A DNA stretch of 64,000 bases, taken from contig OZ024741.1 in assembly GCA_964016885.1 (NCBI GenBank), positions 167,834,001 to 167,898,000 on the forward strand, read 5' to 3'. Numbering within the stretch: position 1 is the stretch's first letter; each line of letters opens with the position of its first letter. Under the pieces are notes generated by a model. It was not told where the DNA came from. It saw only the letters and a list, made by a program, of their open reading frames with translations, and did no database searches. This DNA is from Eledone cirrhosa (lineage: Eukaryota). A program made the position numbers and the translations under genes. Of this stretch, positions 52,922 to 64,000 are shown in pieces.

Positions 52922-52953
<32 letters not shown>

Positions 52954-53468
52954 GAGACCTGGGTTGAATTGGGGGTAACTACAGTAAGTAAGGTACTCAA
53001 TACATTTGTAGAGTATAAAGATCATGTTTGACCCATTAACATTTAAACTGGCCATATTCTCTCACCTCTTTCTGTTCAAACTGGCTGTAATCTGCTGCTC
53101 ATACCAATGTTTAGGTATTGTTTTTAATAAAAATAATATCAAAATCTTATAGATTCAATATTATGTGAAATAATTATATGAAATAAAGTGTTTACTGTGA
53201 AAATACAATAATAAACATAGAGTAATGGAAATGCTAAAGGGTTAGAAATTGCTGCTACAGGACTGATGATTTCTTTTGAATGAAATAGTTCTAGCCCTGT
53301 GGAACCCATTTCTATATTAAAAATGATATATATGTATATATATATAACAACATTATTGAAGATATATATAAAATAAAGTACCAGTAATGCACTGGGTAAT
53401 TTGCTGGCCTTGTGCCTAAAGTAGAAACAATTATTGAACAAACAGCACGGACACTCTATCTCAAAATT

Positions 53469-53507
53469 ATTTTTGAAAAGCATTTAGAAATGCGCAACCG
53501 GTAAAAA
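53469..53507 (+). ncRNA. Hammerhead-like motif, U3-A8 variant with A13C mutation
   Basis: UUU UUGAAAA GCAUU UAGA AAUGC GCAA CCGG UA AAA; upstream flank is similar to that of 62291. Confidence 0.5.
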
Positions 53508-53624
53508 CTTAAAAACTTAAAACCACAACTGAATACTAACCCATACAATCACTAATACTCTTTTATTCCTAATTAAACCATTTTTCAACTGTGAACAATT
53601 TGTCAGCATTTTCTATTCCGTTTA

Positions 53625-53666
<42 letters not shown>

Positions 53667-53669
<3 letters not shown>

Positions 53670-56600
53670 TCATCGTTTAACGTATATCTTCCACGCTTGC
53701 ATGGGTTTGGACGGGAGTTTTCCCACTTGAGGCAAGATTTGTTGTCCTGCTCGCATAGGACTGTCTGGCGGGTTTTCTACGGCTGGATGCCCTTCCTAAC
53801 ACCAACCACGTTTACAGTGTGGACCTGGAGGTTTTTACCGTGTTACCTACACGGCCACATTATAGCGTGGACTGTGTGTTTTTTTGTCGTGACACCTACA
53901 CGACCTCATTTGTTTCGGACTGGATGTTGTGGTACCAACATAACTTCACATTTAAGGGGGTGGTGTGGATGAGGTGGGGGTAGTGGGACGGGGGTGTATT
54001 TTGTTAGAGATGCCTACTGACTGTAGGTTTTGATTTGTACTTAGGCAAGGCGGGTCTTCTGTATGACTGTGTAGCGCCAAAGATCTTGGTCCAGTGACAT
54101 TGTCTTGGAGAGGTGTAAGTGTGTGAGGTCGGAATTTATCAAGTCGTCCCAGGTTTTTCTGGGTCTGCCTACTCCGTGGCTACCGTCTATTTTTATCGCC
54201 CTGCACTTTTTTTATACAGCTGTCGTCTTTCATGCGCATCACGTGACTGTACCAGCGTAGTCTTCTCTCGAGTAAACAACATCTGATCCTTCTTATTCCT
54301 AATTTCTCCCTCACGTATATTACTATTACACATCCAGCGGAGCATGCAAGCTTCGTTCCTCTCCAGTCTGCATATATCCTCTGCACACAACGCCCAGGTC
54401 TCACTGCCATGTAACATTGCTGTTCGTATGCAGGTATCATACAGCCTGCCTTTCATTTTTAGAGAGAACCCTTTAGCGGCCAATAGTGGTATAAGCTGAA
54501 CTTATACCACTATTGAACTTTTTCCATCCCGTTCTGACTCTAGCTACTGTACTTTCAGAGCACCTTCCCCCACTGTTGATTTTGTCACCCAGGTAACGGA
54601 AGGTGTCCACTATTTCTATAGAACCATCTGTGCAATGGAATGAGCTAGTATTCTGTGGGCACTTGCTGCTACTTATTGCACCAGAGGACCGGCCACATAT
54701 AAAATCTATATTCTTAGTTAGCTTACCTGTGATCCCACTACATCTTTTATGCACCCATACTTTGCATTTGGGACATAAAATGGAGTTTCTGCCTACGCCT
54801 TTCCTACACACTGAGCATGGCCATTTCCCAGATGGGACCAGTGCCCTATTTTCCTTCCTACAAACTAGAACTTTAGTCTTAGACAAGTTAACTTTAAGGC
54901 CTTTTGATTCTAGGCCATGCTTCCATGTTTGGAATTTCTTCTCTAGTTCGGCCATTGATTCAGCTATGAGCGTTAGATCATCTGCATATAGGAGTTCCCA
55001 TGGGCAGCCGGACTTGAACTCCTCTGTTATAGCCTGAAGGACAATAATAAATAGTAGGGGGCTAAGAACGGAGCCCTGATGAACACCAACTTTTACGCTA
55101 AACTCTTCACTATATTCGTTGTTAATTCTAACCTTGCTGACTGTTTCTTTATACATGGCTTGTATAGTTCTCACAAGCCATTCATCAACACCTAGTTTTC
55201 TAAGCGCCCACCAGATAATGGAGCGGTGGACTCTGTCAAAAGCTTTCTCCAAGTCAACAAAAGCTAAGTATAGGGGTTTACTTTTAGGTAGGTACTTCTC
55301 CTGTAGTTGTCGTACAATGAAAAGAGCGTCTGTGGTACTTTTACCTGACACAAACCCGAACTGCATTTCATCTAGATCAATTCGTTCTCTGATTAGTTGC
55401 GCTATTACTTTTTCTGTGACCTTCATGACCTGGTCGATTAATTTAATGCCTCTATAGTTACCCCTATCAAGAGCATCTCCTTTACCCTTGTAGCAGTTAA
55501 TGATGATGCTGCTACGCCAGTCCTTTGGAACGGCCCCATTCTGTATGACTTGGTTTACTATCCGGGTGACCATAGTGTGTCCCACCGTTCCAGATGCTTT
55601 CAGCATTTCAGCAACTATTTCCGAAGGCCCAGCCGCCTTGCCTGTCTTCATGTCTTTGATCGCCTTACTTATTATACTACCTTCAACTAGTACTGCTGGT
55701 CCCTCTATTGGATCGATGTGGGGGAGACTGTCTTTCTCCCAATTATTCTCCTCATTTAGTAGTCTTTCATAGTGACACTTCCAAGCTACCTTCTTATCAG
55801 CGTCAGTGATGGCAAGTATACCATCTTCATTAAGGACACACTTCTCCCCGACAATATTACGGTTTTCCTTGACACATTGCCTAGCAATCCTGAACACCTC
55901 ACGTTTTTGGTCCTCGCATTGTAGAGCATGCTTGAACTTTCTTTCCTCTGCTTCTCTTCTTGCGAAGTACACTTGTCTCCTAGCTTCCCTCCTGTCCACT
56001 TGATAGTCTTCTCTACTTCCCCCATCCCGCCATACTTTCCAAGCCTGCTTTTTGGCCTTGATTGACTCCTCCACCTTACTGTTCCACCACCAAGTTACTC
56101 TCCTCCTGCCTATAGGTCTGCTCCAGCCACAGATTTCATCTGTCGCCTTCAGCAGGTTAGCTTTCAGGAATTCCCACTGTTCCTCTATATTGTACGACTC
56201 TAATTGCTCTTCCTTACTGTCGAAAGCATCAAGTAATATGCTTTTAAATTTATTACTGGCTGTGGGGTCCTTTAGCTTCCATATTTTTCTCCTTAGGATA
56301 GTCCTCCTCTGTTGTCAAGTACGTCTTGTCCTGATTATAAGGTCGCTGACTATGAGTCTATGTTGGGAGGTGCATCCTTCATGGGGGGGGGGGGGGGATT
56401 TAGTGTTTACAACAGACGCTATCACGTCTTCTGGTAAGGATATAATCTATCTGACTGGCTTGTTCCCCTGATCTATAGGTGATCAAGTGATTGTCTCGTT
56501 TTTTGAAGTTAGTGTTACAGATAATTAGGTTATTTGCGTCGCAGAATTCCAGGATTCTGGAGCCTTCCTCATTTCTAGTACCAAACCCATAGCCTCCATG

Positions 56601-58157
56601 GATTCCGTCATAGCCGTCACAATGTTGTTTTAGGTCGCCAGCAATAATTATGTAGTCACTGTCGGTTATTTGGGAGGTAGTGAGCATCAATGTCTCATAG
56701 AATCTGTCTTTTATAGCGCCAGGCTATCTGGATTGGGGTGCATACGCAGATATTACTGTCACAGTAGTTCTATTTAGGACAAGTCTTATTTTAATTATTC
56801 TGTCGTTCACTCTATTTACGTCTATTATCTTATCTACCCATTTTTCTGCTAACATGATTCCTACCCCACCCAGCCCATTTTCATTTCCCACCCAGAAAAG
56901 CTTATAGCATCGTTTTTTACCCACAATGAATCTAGCAGACCCACCCCTCCACCTGATCTCTTGGATACAGCAAACAACAACCTCCTTATGTTCAAGCATT
57001 TCTACAACCTCGTTAGAGCGACCTTTTAAAGTGCCTACATTCATGGTACCAACTCTGAAGTTTGGGATTGCGTTTGGTGGGTGGGAACGGTGGGGCGCGG
57101 GGAGGGGTGAGGGGGATGGGGTTGGGGTTATGTTGGCCATCCGCGGCTGAAACAAAGAGGAGGAGCCCTTGTCTTTTAGTCCGGCAGCATGAGGTGAATT
57201 TGTCTTTATCTTTGGCATTGTCACTGTGTGTCCAGATTTTTCAGACTCTCCAGAATTCCATAGTCCATCCATCATATCGGCAAGCAACCAGAAGTGATAG
57301 CATAGGCCGCTGACTTATGATTGGTCCTAATAATAATGGTGGAAAGTGGTGGCGGGTATGGGGTAGTTAGCGAGAGGGTTTAAATGAAATCTTCGAATTT
57401 TGGGCATAATTGGACAAGCATATAACAGTAATAATAGGCGAATAATGGGGTTTTAAAATACAAGAAGATTATTTAGAAAGAACCAGACAGAATTATAGAA
57501 TAGCATTGAGAGAGAACAAAAGATTGGATTCTGGGCGATGATACGGATATATGAATGAATGGACCGATAGGCTGGAGAGAGATAAGAAAAATGGCATTTA
57601 CATTACACTTTGCAGGGGACGACGAGGTCTGACCATTAATAAGCGTTGACAAATTCTGTGATTCGTACCTCGTAACAGGTTTATTTATATTTGGTAAGAG
57701 AAGGGAGTGATTGAAAGGGTGAACTAGCCGGCGCGTGATACGATATAGTGGGGGGTGGGGGGTGCGAGTAAAGATTAAGAGGGACAAGGAGGCCATTTTA
57801 TAAATCGTAGAATTTTTCGGCCAAAATTAAACAAACAAGATTGTTATTTTAGAAAAACAAATGGGGCATTTTACGAGAGGGTTTAAATGAAATCTTCGAA
57901 TTTTGGGCATAATTGGACAAGCAGATAACAGTAATAATAAGCGAATAATGGGGTTTTAAAATACAAGAAGATTATTTAGAAACAACCAGACAGGATTATA
58001 GAATAGCATTGAGAGAGAGCAAAAGATTGGATTCTGGGCGATGATACGGATATATGAATGAATGGACCGATAGGCTGGAGAGAGATAAGAAAAATGGCAT
58101 TTACATTACACTTTACAGGGGACGACGAGGTCTGACCATTAATAAGCGTTGACAAAT
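53667..58157 (-). mobile_element. Near full-length RTE LINE (APE, RT, PHD-like finger), decayed, with duplicated 5' region and (TGA)n tail
   Basis: APE motifs VGTMNVGTL..CIQE.RW..SAYAPQ..IAGD..SQIDYIL; a 533-aa RT segment with LYADDL; C-terminal MLHGSETW..RRLRWY.H. Several frameshifts. Confidence 0.93.
57371..58157. repeat. 284-bp direct repeat pair (57371-57654 and 57874-58157)
   Basis: Near-identical copies, offset 503 bp. Confidence 0.92.
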
Positions 58158-58257
58158 ATATATATATATATATATATATAATTTGAGGCTTAGTAAAATC
58201 GAATCTTTGGCGTTGTGCAAGCAAATTCGACCAACGATATGAATGAGTTAGCAAAGC

Positions 58258-60050
58258 ACTCAACAAAGGCTAAGTATAGTGGCTTATTCTTCTCTAAGAG
58301 GGCATCTGTTGTACATTTCCCAGGCACAAAACCAAACTGCATCTCATCTAGTTTGACCCTTTCTCTAATTAGTCGTGTTAATATCCTTTCTACCACTTTC
58401 ATAACCTGATCCATCAGTTTTATACCTCTATAATTGCTCCTCTCCAGAGCATCCCCTTTACCTTTGTAGCAATTTATGAGAATACTGCTGCACCAGTCTT
58501 TGAGTATGACACCACCATATATAGCCTGATTGATGATGCGTGCAACCAGTTTAGTGCCTACGTCCCCTGATGCCTTCAGCATCTCAGCAACTATCCCCAA
58601 TGGTCCAGCAGTCTTACCCTTTTTCATTTCCTTAATCGCCCCTTGGACCCTATATTCATCAGTCTCAATAGCTGGTCCCTCTGTCGGATCTACTGAGGGT
58701 AATTTCTCTCTCTCCCATTCGTTCTCCACATTCATCAGTCTCTCATAGTGACAATTCCAGGCCTCCTTTTATTGATCATTCGTGACACTAAGTACACCGG
58801 GTTCATTCCGGACACATTTATCGCCAACAACATCCTGATTTGCATTGACACACTGCCTTGCAATGTGGAACACCGCACGCCTCTGATCCTCCTGTCGCAG
58901 AACATTGGCAAACCTCCTACTCTCAGCCTCCCTGCGTGCTAAGTACACCTGACGTCTAGCTTCTCTCTTAGCGGCTGTATATCCTTCTCTACTCCCACCC
59001 TTTTTCCTAGCCTTTCATGCTAGTCTTTTGTCTCTAATGGCCTTATCTACTGTGCTGTTCCACCACCAGGTCACTCTCTGTCTGGTTGGAGCTCTGCTCC
59101 AGCCACAAGTTTCATCAGTAGCCTGCAGTAAGTTGTCACGTAAGAAATTCCAGTTATTATCTATGTCATACGTCTCTAAATCGTCTTCTTTTTCGTCATA
59201 CACATCTTGAAGGGCTTTCCTAAATTTGTATTTTAGTGAAAGGTCTTTTAGATTCCAGACCTTTCTTCTCCACACCTTCCTGTATGACTCATTCCATCTC
59301 TTGCTTACTGAGATATCACTAACGACTAACCTATGCTGTGGGGTACATTCTTCCCCAGGGTATGCCTTGGTATTTGACACCATCTGCCTGTCCCGCTGCC
59401 TAACTAGTAAGAAGTCAATCTGGTTTATGTGCTCGCCTGATTTGTAGGTTATTAGGTGGTTGGCAGGTTTCTGGAAGTTAGTGTTGCAAATAGTCAGTGT
59501 ACTTGCATCACAAAATTCAAGAAGTTTCACTCCTTCTTCATTTCTTGAGCCATAACCGTGCCCACTATGTTCCCCAGTGTAACCATCCTGGAGCTGTCCA
59601 ACATGACCATTGAAGTCCCCTGCTAGCATAATGATGTCTCCGTCCTCTGACATTGCAGTTGTTTGTAAAAGTTGCTCGTAAAAGCAGTCTTTCTCTTCTT
59701 TGCCTAGGCCTGCTTGGGGAGCATAGGCAGAGGTGATTGTCAGTAGTCTCCTGCCTACAACTAATCTAAGCTTAATTATTCGATTATTAACTCGAACTAC
59801 CTCTATTGTCTTATTAATCCATCTCTCAGCCAGGAAAATGCCTACTCCCCCTAACCCATCATCCTTACCTATCCAGAAAAGTTTATAGCTAAGATATTTG
59901 CCTGCGACTAGTCTCGCAGAGGCACCTCTCCATCTCACCTCTTGCACGCAGCACACATCCACATGCCTTCTCTCCAGCATCTCTGCTATTTCAGCAGATC
60001 TATCTGTGAGAGTGCCAACATTAAGTGTTGCAACTCTGAGATGCGATGTC
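58258..60050 (-). mobile_element. RTE LINE 5' half (APE and RT N-terminus), second subfamily
   Basis: 366-aa APE ORF (VATLNVGTL..CVQEVRW..AYAPQ..GDFNGHVG..QIDFLL..QHRLVV) and RT start (YKGKGDAL..NYRGIKL..MQFGF). Confidence 0.92.
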
Positions 60051-60451
60051 TTCATATTTTTTGTTGTTCCTATATACTTGTTGCTGTGCTTACAGTTGTT
60101 TTGGTATTGATACACTGGTTGGATGCCTTTCCTAACACCAGTGCCACTTTACAGCATGGACTGGGTTCTTTTATTTGTGCTGGCAGCACTAGAGAGGATG
60201 TCTTACTGGACTTACAGGCCATCTCCACCCCTCCATTTTACAGCATATTCATAACAAAAAACAACAACAAAAAACACACTTATTGACACTCACGGCACAC
60301 ACACTCACTCACACACCAACAATCATGCATACAAACACACACGCCACTCACACACCAACATTCATGCATACAAACACATACACGCCACTCACACACACAC
60401 ACATACACATATGATATTAATAAATGGAAACTATATCTATAAAACCATATT

Positions 60452-60512
60452 TATTCTATTATATATATTTCAAGGGTACCAAAACTTTGGTACACTCTCA
60501 TCAGATAAAATA
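60452..60512 (-). ncRNA. Minimal type-I hammerhead ribozyme (Penelope pLTR-type)
   Basis: UAUUUUAU CUGAUGA GAG-U-GUACCAA AGUU UUGGUAC-C-CUU GAAA UAUAUA UA AUAGAAUA; palindromic stem III. Confidence 0.85.
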
Positions 60513-61569
60513 CAAAGTTTGTTTTATAAATATTGACATATCCAGGAAGGAGATCTTAACGGTTCAAGTTTTTCCTGGATAGTAAAAGGAAAGAAGGGAA
60601 AGAGAGGAAAAGTCAAATATTTCAAATTATTAAGATGAATATGCAAATGAGGTTGAGGTATAGGGCTGAAAAAAACGTTATTTTTAGACGCTAGGTAGAT
60701 TTAAATAATTATTAGGATATATATATGTAGGAAGAAGAAAGAGAAAGAAAAGCTTGTATTTACGTGAATTTAAAAATAATTAATAGTTTGTAGGAATGGT
60801 GGAATGATCCCAGAATTTAAAAAATATATATATTTAGCTATAGTATTCATCATTCATCATTTCATTTTACGTCCGCTTTTCCCTGCTCGCCAATTAGATT
60901 ATATGAAGAATTATGGTTGTAAGTACATTTTATCTTATTATATTGCAACAGGTTGTAAGTATATAAATATCTATATAGATTAATAAGTGTGCAAGTATAA
61001 GTATTATTGGTGATTTTATAGAAATAAAACACATGTATTAATTGTTTACATTTCTAATATGAGTTACGAAGGATGTTGATTTTACATTTTTCATAAATAT
61101 TTAAGAAAAAGACGTAGTTCAAATTGTAAGAGAAGAACAATTTGTAGATTCAAATATTTTCAGAACATTATTAATTTAGCGAAATTATATAATTTATCAT
61201 ACAAGTTATTATGTCTATGTATGCTCAATTGTAAAGGAAAAGATAACTCCAATATTATTTGCTAAGCATTACATTTGATGAATGATTTTCTTAGAAAGTA
61301 TGTAGAGGAAATTATATATTATTTTGTGTGAGATTATAAGGTATTTTATATTACATGTTTTTCAAGGATGAGAATTATATAATCTACGTCGAAAGATGTG
61401 TGAAAAGTTTGAAGATTAAAGAGAGAAAAAATGTATTATTAGATAAGTCAAGAATGCATTTAGAAGAACTCGAATAAAATTAAATACTTAGACAACAATA
61501 ACATGATAAATCATCCTAGAATTCATTATAATAACAATAAACAATTCAACTTAAATGATAAACTAAACA

Positions 61570-61790
61570 AAAAAAAACTATTATTTGGTACTCTCCCCCA
61601 TTCTCATTAGTCGTTAAAACACCTTTAGCAAAGTTATTTTTCAAAGCACTGGATAAGTGTTTTCCTAAAGCCCACAGATACCACTCTATTTTTAACAGAC
61701 GCACTATAAAACTATCCTACTCTACTACTATGAACATAGCACAAAATATAAATAGAATTAATAATAGAAACCCTAATCAAACAAACCAAG
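61570..61790 (+). mobile_element. Penelope-like ORF fragment
   Basis: IIWYSPPFSLVVKTPLAKLFFKALDKCFPKAHRYHSIFNRRTIKLSYS; homologous to 44570-44770. Confidence 0.85.
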
Positions 61791-61829
61791 CTAGCAATAA
61801 TAATATTTCTAATAACAATATTCATAATA

Positions 61830-61852
<23 letters not shown>

Positions 61853-61860
<8 letters not shown>

Positions 61861-62151
61861 TTCAAAATATTAATAAATGGATAAATTCACAAAATCAAAA
61901 TATATGTTTTATTATATATGTTTCGGAGGTACTGTGCTGTTTTTCAGTACGTCCTCATCAGATAAAATACATAAATTGATGTATGACATAACTCAACTGT
62001 GCTGATGGTTCACTGCCAAAACTAGAATTGAACCATCAGTACAGTTGAGGTATGTCATACATCAATTTATGTATTTTATCTGATGAGGATAATAAAACAT
62101 ATATTTTGATTATGTGAATTTATCCATTTATTAATATTTTGAATAATATTA
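61853..62151. repeat. Fold-back inverted repeat (16-nt loop, 62013-62028) carrying a hammerhead
   Basis: The arms are near-perfect reverse complements except for a ~37-nt segment present only in the left arm. Confidence 0.93.
61907..61967 (-). ncRNA. Minimal type-I hammerhead ribozyme
   Basis: UUUUAU CUGAUGA GGA-C-GUACUG(loop)CAGUAC-C-UCC GAAA CAUAUA UA AUAAAA. Confidence 0.78.
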
Positions 62152-62290
62152 ATAACTCCAGAAAACTTCTTTGTTGAGTGCTTTTAATCTATTGTAAAAC
62201 TATATTGATTGAAAAATAAATGAACATTTGGTTATATATATATATATATATGAGATGTGAGAAAAACCACAGACCCTCCATCTCAACTCA

Positions 62291-62328
62291 CCTTTTGAAA
62301 AGCAGAAGAACTGCGAAACCGGTAAAGG
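62291..62328 (+). ncRNA. Minimal hammerhead, U3-A8 compensatory core variant
   Basis: CCUU UUGAAAA GCAG AAGAA CUGC GAAA CCGG UA AAGG; palindromic ACCGGU stem III and GUA triplet. Confidence 0.65.
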
Positions 62329-62459
62329 AACCAAATAAATATATATATTTAAAAAAAAAATAAGACTCCAGTTGCATTTTCGATTTCATCGCTTTTTCTT
62401 TATACTTTCACTCGTGTAGGACACCTCGGTTATTTTTCATTTTGTAAAAAAAACCTCAC

Positions 62460-62514
<55 letters not shown>

Positions 62515-62845
62515 TGTATATATATATATTCATCATCATCATACATATGCCGAGAATAAGTGACATAGTCACTACTTTAAAATTCATAGCGAATGGTCTT
62601 CAAAATGTTTTTAATTAAACATACAGTATGTTATCAAATATACTATACCTATATTCATGTATACATCGCTATTTCAGAGCACCAATACTAATACCCAATT
62701 TTTGCTGGATCGGCAACCGCTCTGTTTAATCAGCTCTTCAACATTACTGAAATTCTATAAGAATCCAGCTTCTCAGTGGAAGCGAAGGGGTAAGTAGTCT
62801 TGATAATCGCTAACAAGTGAGAAACAGGACTGTCGATTACTCCCC

Positions 62846-63550
62846 TTTGTTTTTGCCTTTCTTTATTGGTCACAAGGGCTAACACGAAGAAAAACATTAG
62901 ACACATCACAGAACAGTACAGGACGATACAAAGTGGGTTTTGGTTGTGTAAACAGGTTATAACAAAAGTGGGCTAGAAATAAAAAAAAAATTCAAACAAC
63001 AAAAATTCCCCAAAAAGGGCGAAACCTCCGAGTGTCATTTGTGGCGAAAACCACACAAAAAGGCCACGGCCACCCTGACCACCAGAGCAAGCGCCTTCTC
63101 TCAGTTTTCCCACTCTTCAGTCTACAGGCGCATACTCAGAGGACCGTTCACTCAGGCCCGTTCACTCGGGCCCGTTCACAGCGGGCCCGTTCACTCGGAC
63201 CAGACTCGTCACTTTCACCCACCTTTCAAAAAACTTACTAGAAGACAGCACTTGCCTCTCCACCCTGATTTTCCTCTTCAAGTGAAACTTGAAAAAGTTA
63301 ATCAGGGATTGGCCGGAGAGGAAAGTGTCCCTCTTCAACCCTTTCAACCTTGTCCACCACACAATCTCATTCGCCATGGTCACCAGGCAGATGAAAACTG
63401 CCTGCCCTTCCTCCTCTTTAAAGGCCGTGGCGGGGCTATCTACACAATGGACTCAGTCGATAACCGGATCCGTCCTACATGCGACAGCAGCTGTTTGACA
63501 TAGCTCCACAAGTCAGCGATCCTCGAGCACTGAACGAGTGCCTGCAGGCC
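62846..63550 (-). mobile_element. L1/Tx1-like LINE 3' fragment
   Basis: L.ALVQCSRIADLW..MANEIVWWTR..FFERW C-terminal pattern, then a T-rich 3' UTR ending aataaagaaaggcaaaaacaaag. Confidence 0.6.
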
Positions 63551-63691
63551 CAAATATTCGACTTTCCCCTTCACAGGGCAAAGTCTAAGGGCTTATATCC
63601 CTTACACAACAAGAAATATTTAACAACAAATAATTTTAACAGGCAAATAAAGCGACTTACTGGGAGCGAGCAAAAGACATCCGATTAGACC

Positions 63692-63696
63692 AATAA

Positions 63697-63727
<31 letters not shown>

Positions 63728-63842
63728 AATAATTGTTTCTATTTTAGGCACAAGGCCAGCAATTACCCAGTACATTACTGGTACTTTATTTTATCGACCC
63801 CGTAAGGATGAAAGGCAAAGTTAACCTAACCCCGGCAGGATT

Positions 63843-63890
<48 letters not shown>
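63692..63890 (-). mobile_element. Partial SINE family A inside an (AAT)n tract
   Basis: SINE 3' half at 63728-63846, flanked by (AAT)n on both sides. Confidence 0.85.
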
Positions 63891-63893
<3 letters not shown>

Positions 63894-64000
63894 TATTTAC
63901 AAGGAGGAGGCTAGCTCACTGTGTAGTATCTGTGGAGAGAGAGGAGACTGTGGCTCACATTGTATCCGAGTGTAAACACCTAGCTCAGACTCACTATAAA
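63891..64000 (+). mobile_element. Second R4/Dong-type copy (5'-truncated, runs off the window)
   Basis: HIYKEEASSLCSICGER..VAHIVSECKHLAQTHYK, nearly identical to 48819-48929; starts directly after (AAT)n. Confidence 0.88.

Noticed and set aside
63140-63200. ggcccgttcactc x4 as regulatory sites
   Set aside because: Local slippage duplication at the end of the L1/Tx1-like ORF.

Overview
AT-rich, repeat-dominated metazoan DNA, most likely a cephalopod (octopus-like). This is inferred from the SINE families, RTE LINEs and microsatellite load, not proven. No intact host gene is supported; most short ORFs are microsatellite or antisense artefacts. The window holds: a full-length but decayed ~6.7 kb Rep-Helicase Helitron (20947-27666, minus); a near full-length RTE LINE and many RTE fragments; an R4/Dong-type REL LINE; relics of CRE, L1/Tx1, Ty3/Gypsy and Penelope (RT and GIY-YIG); a hAT MITE with a perfect 8-bp TSD that carries a non-autonomous Helitron; several tRNA-derived SINE families, including a head-to-tail array; and a 3.6 kb 30-bp minisatellite with ~1.7 kb higher-order structure. 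The most notable signal not shown by the ORF track is a set of about nine minimal type-I hammerhead-ribozyme motifs near Penelope relics and (AT)n tracts. They include a three-copy family with covarying stem II and a conserved pyrimidine-C mismatch, a two-copy family with a compensatory U3-A8 core, and two long fold-back hairpins that contain hammerhead sequence. Coordinates were read by eye; ends of decayed repeats are approximate.
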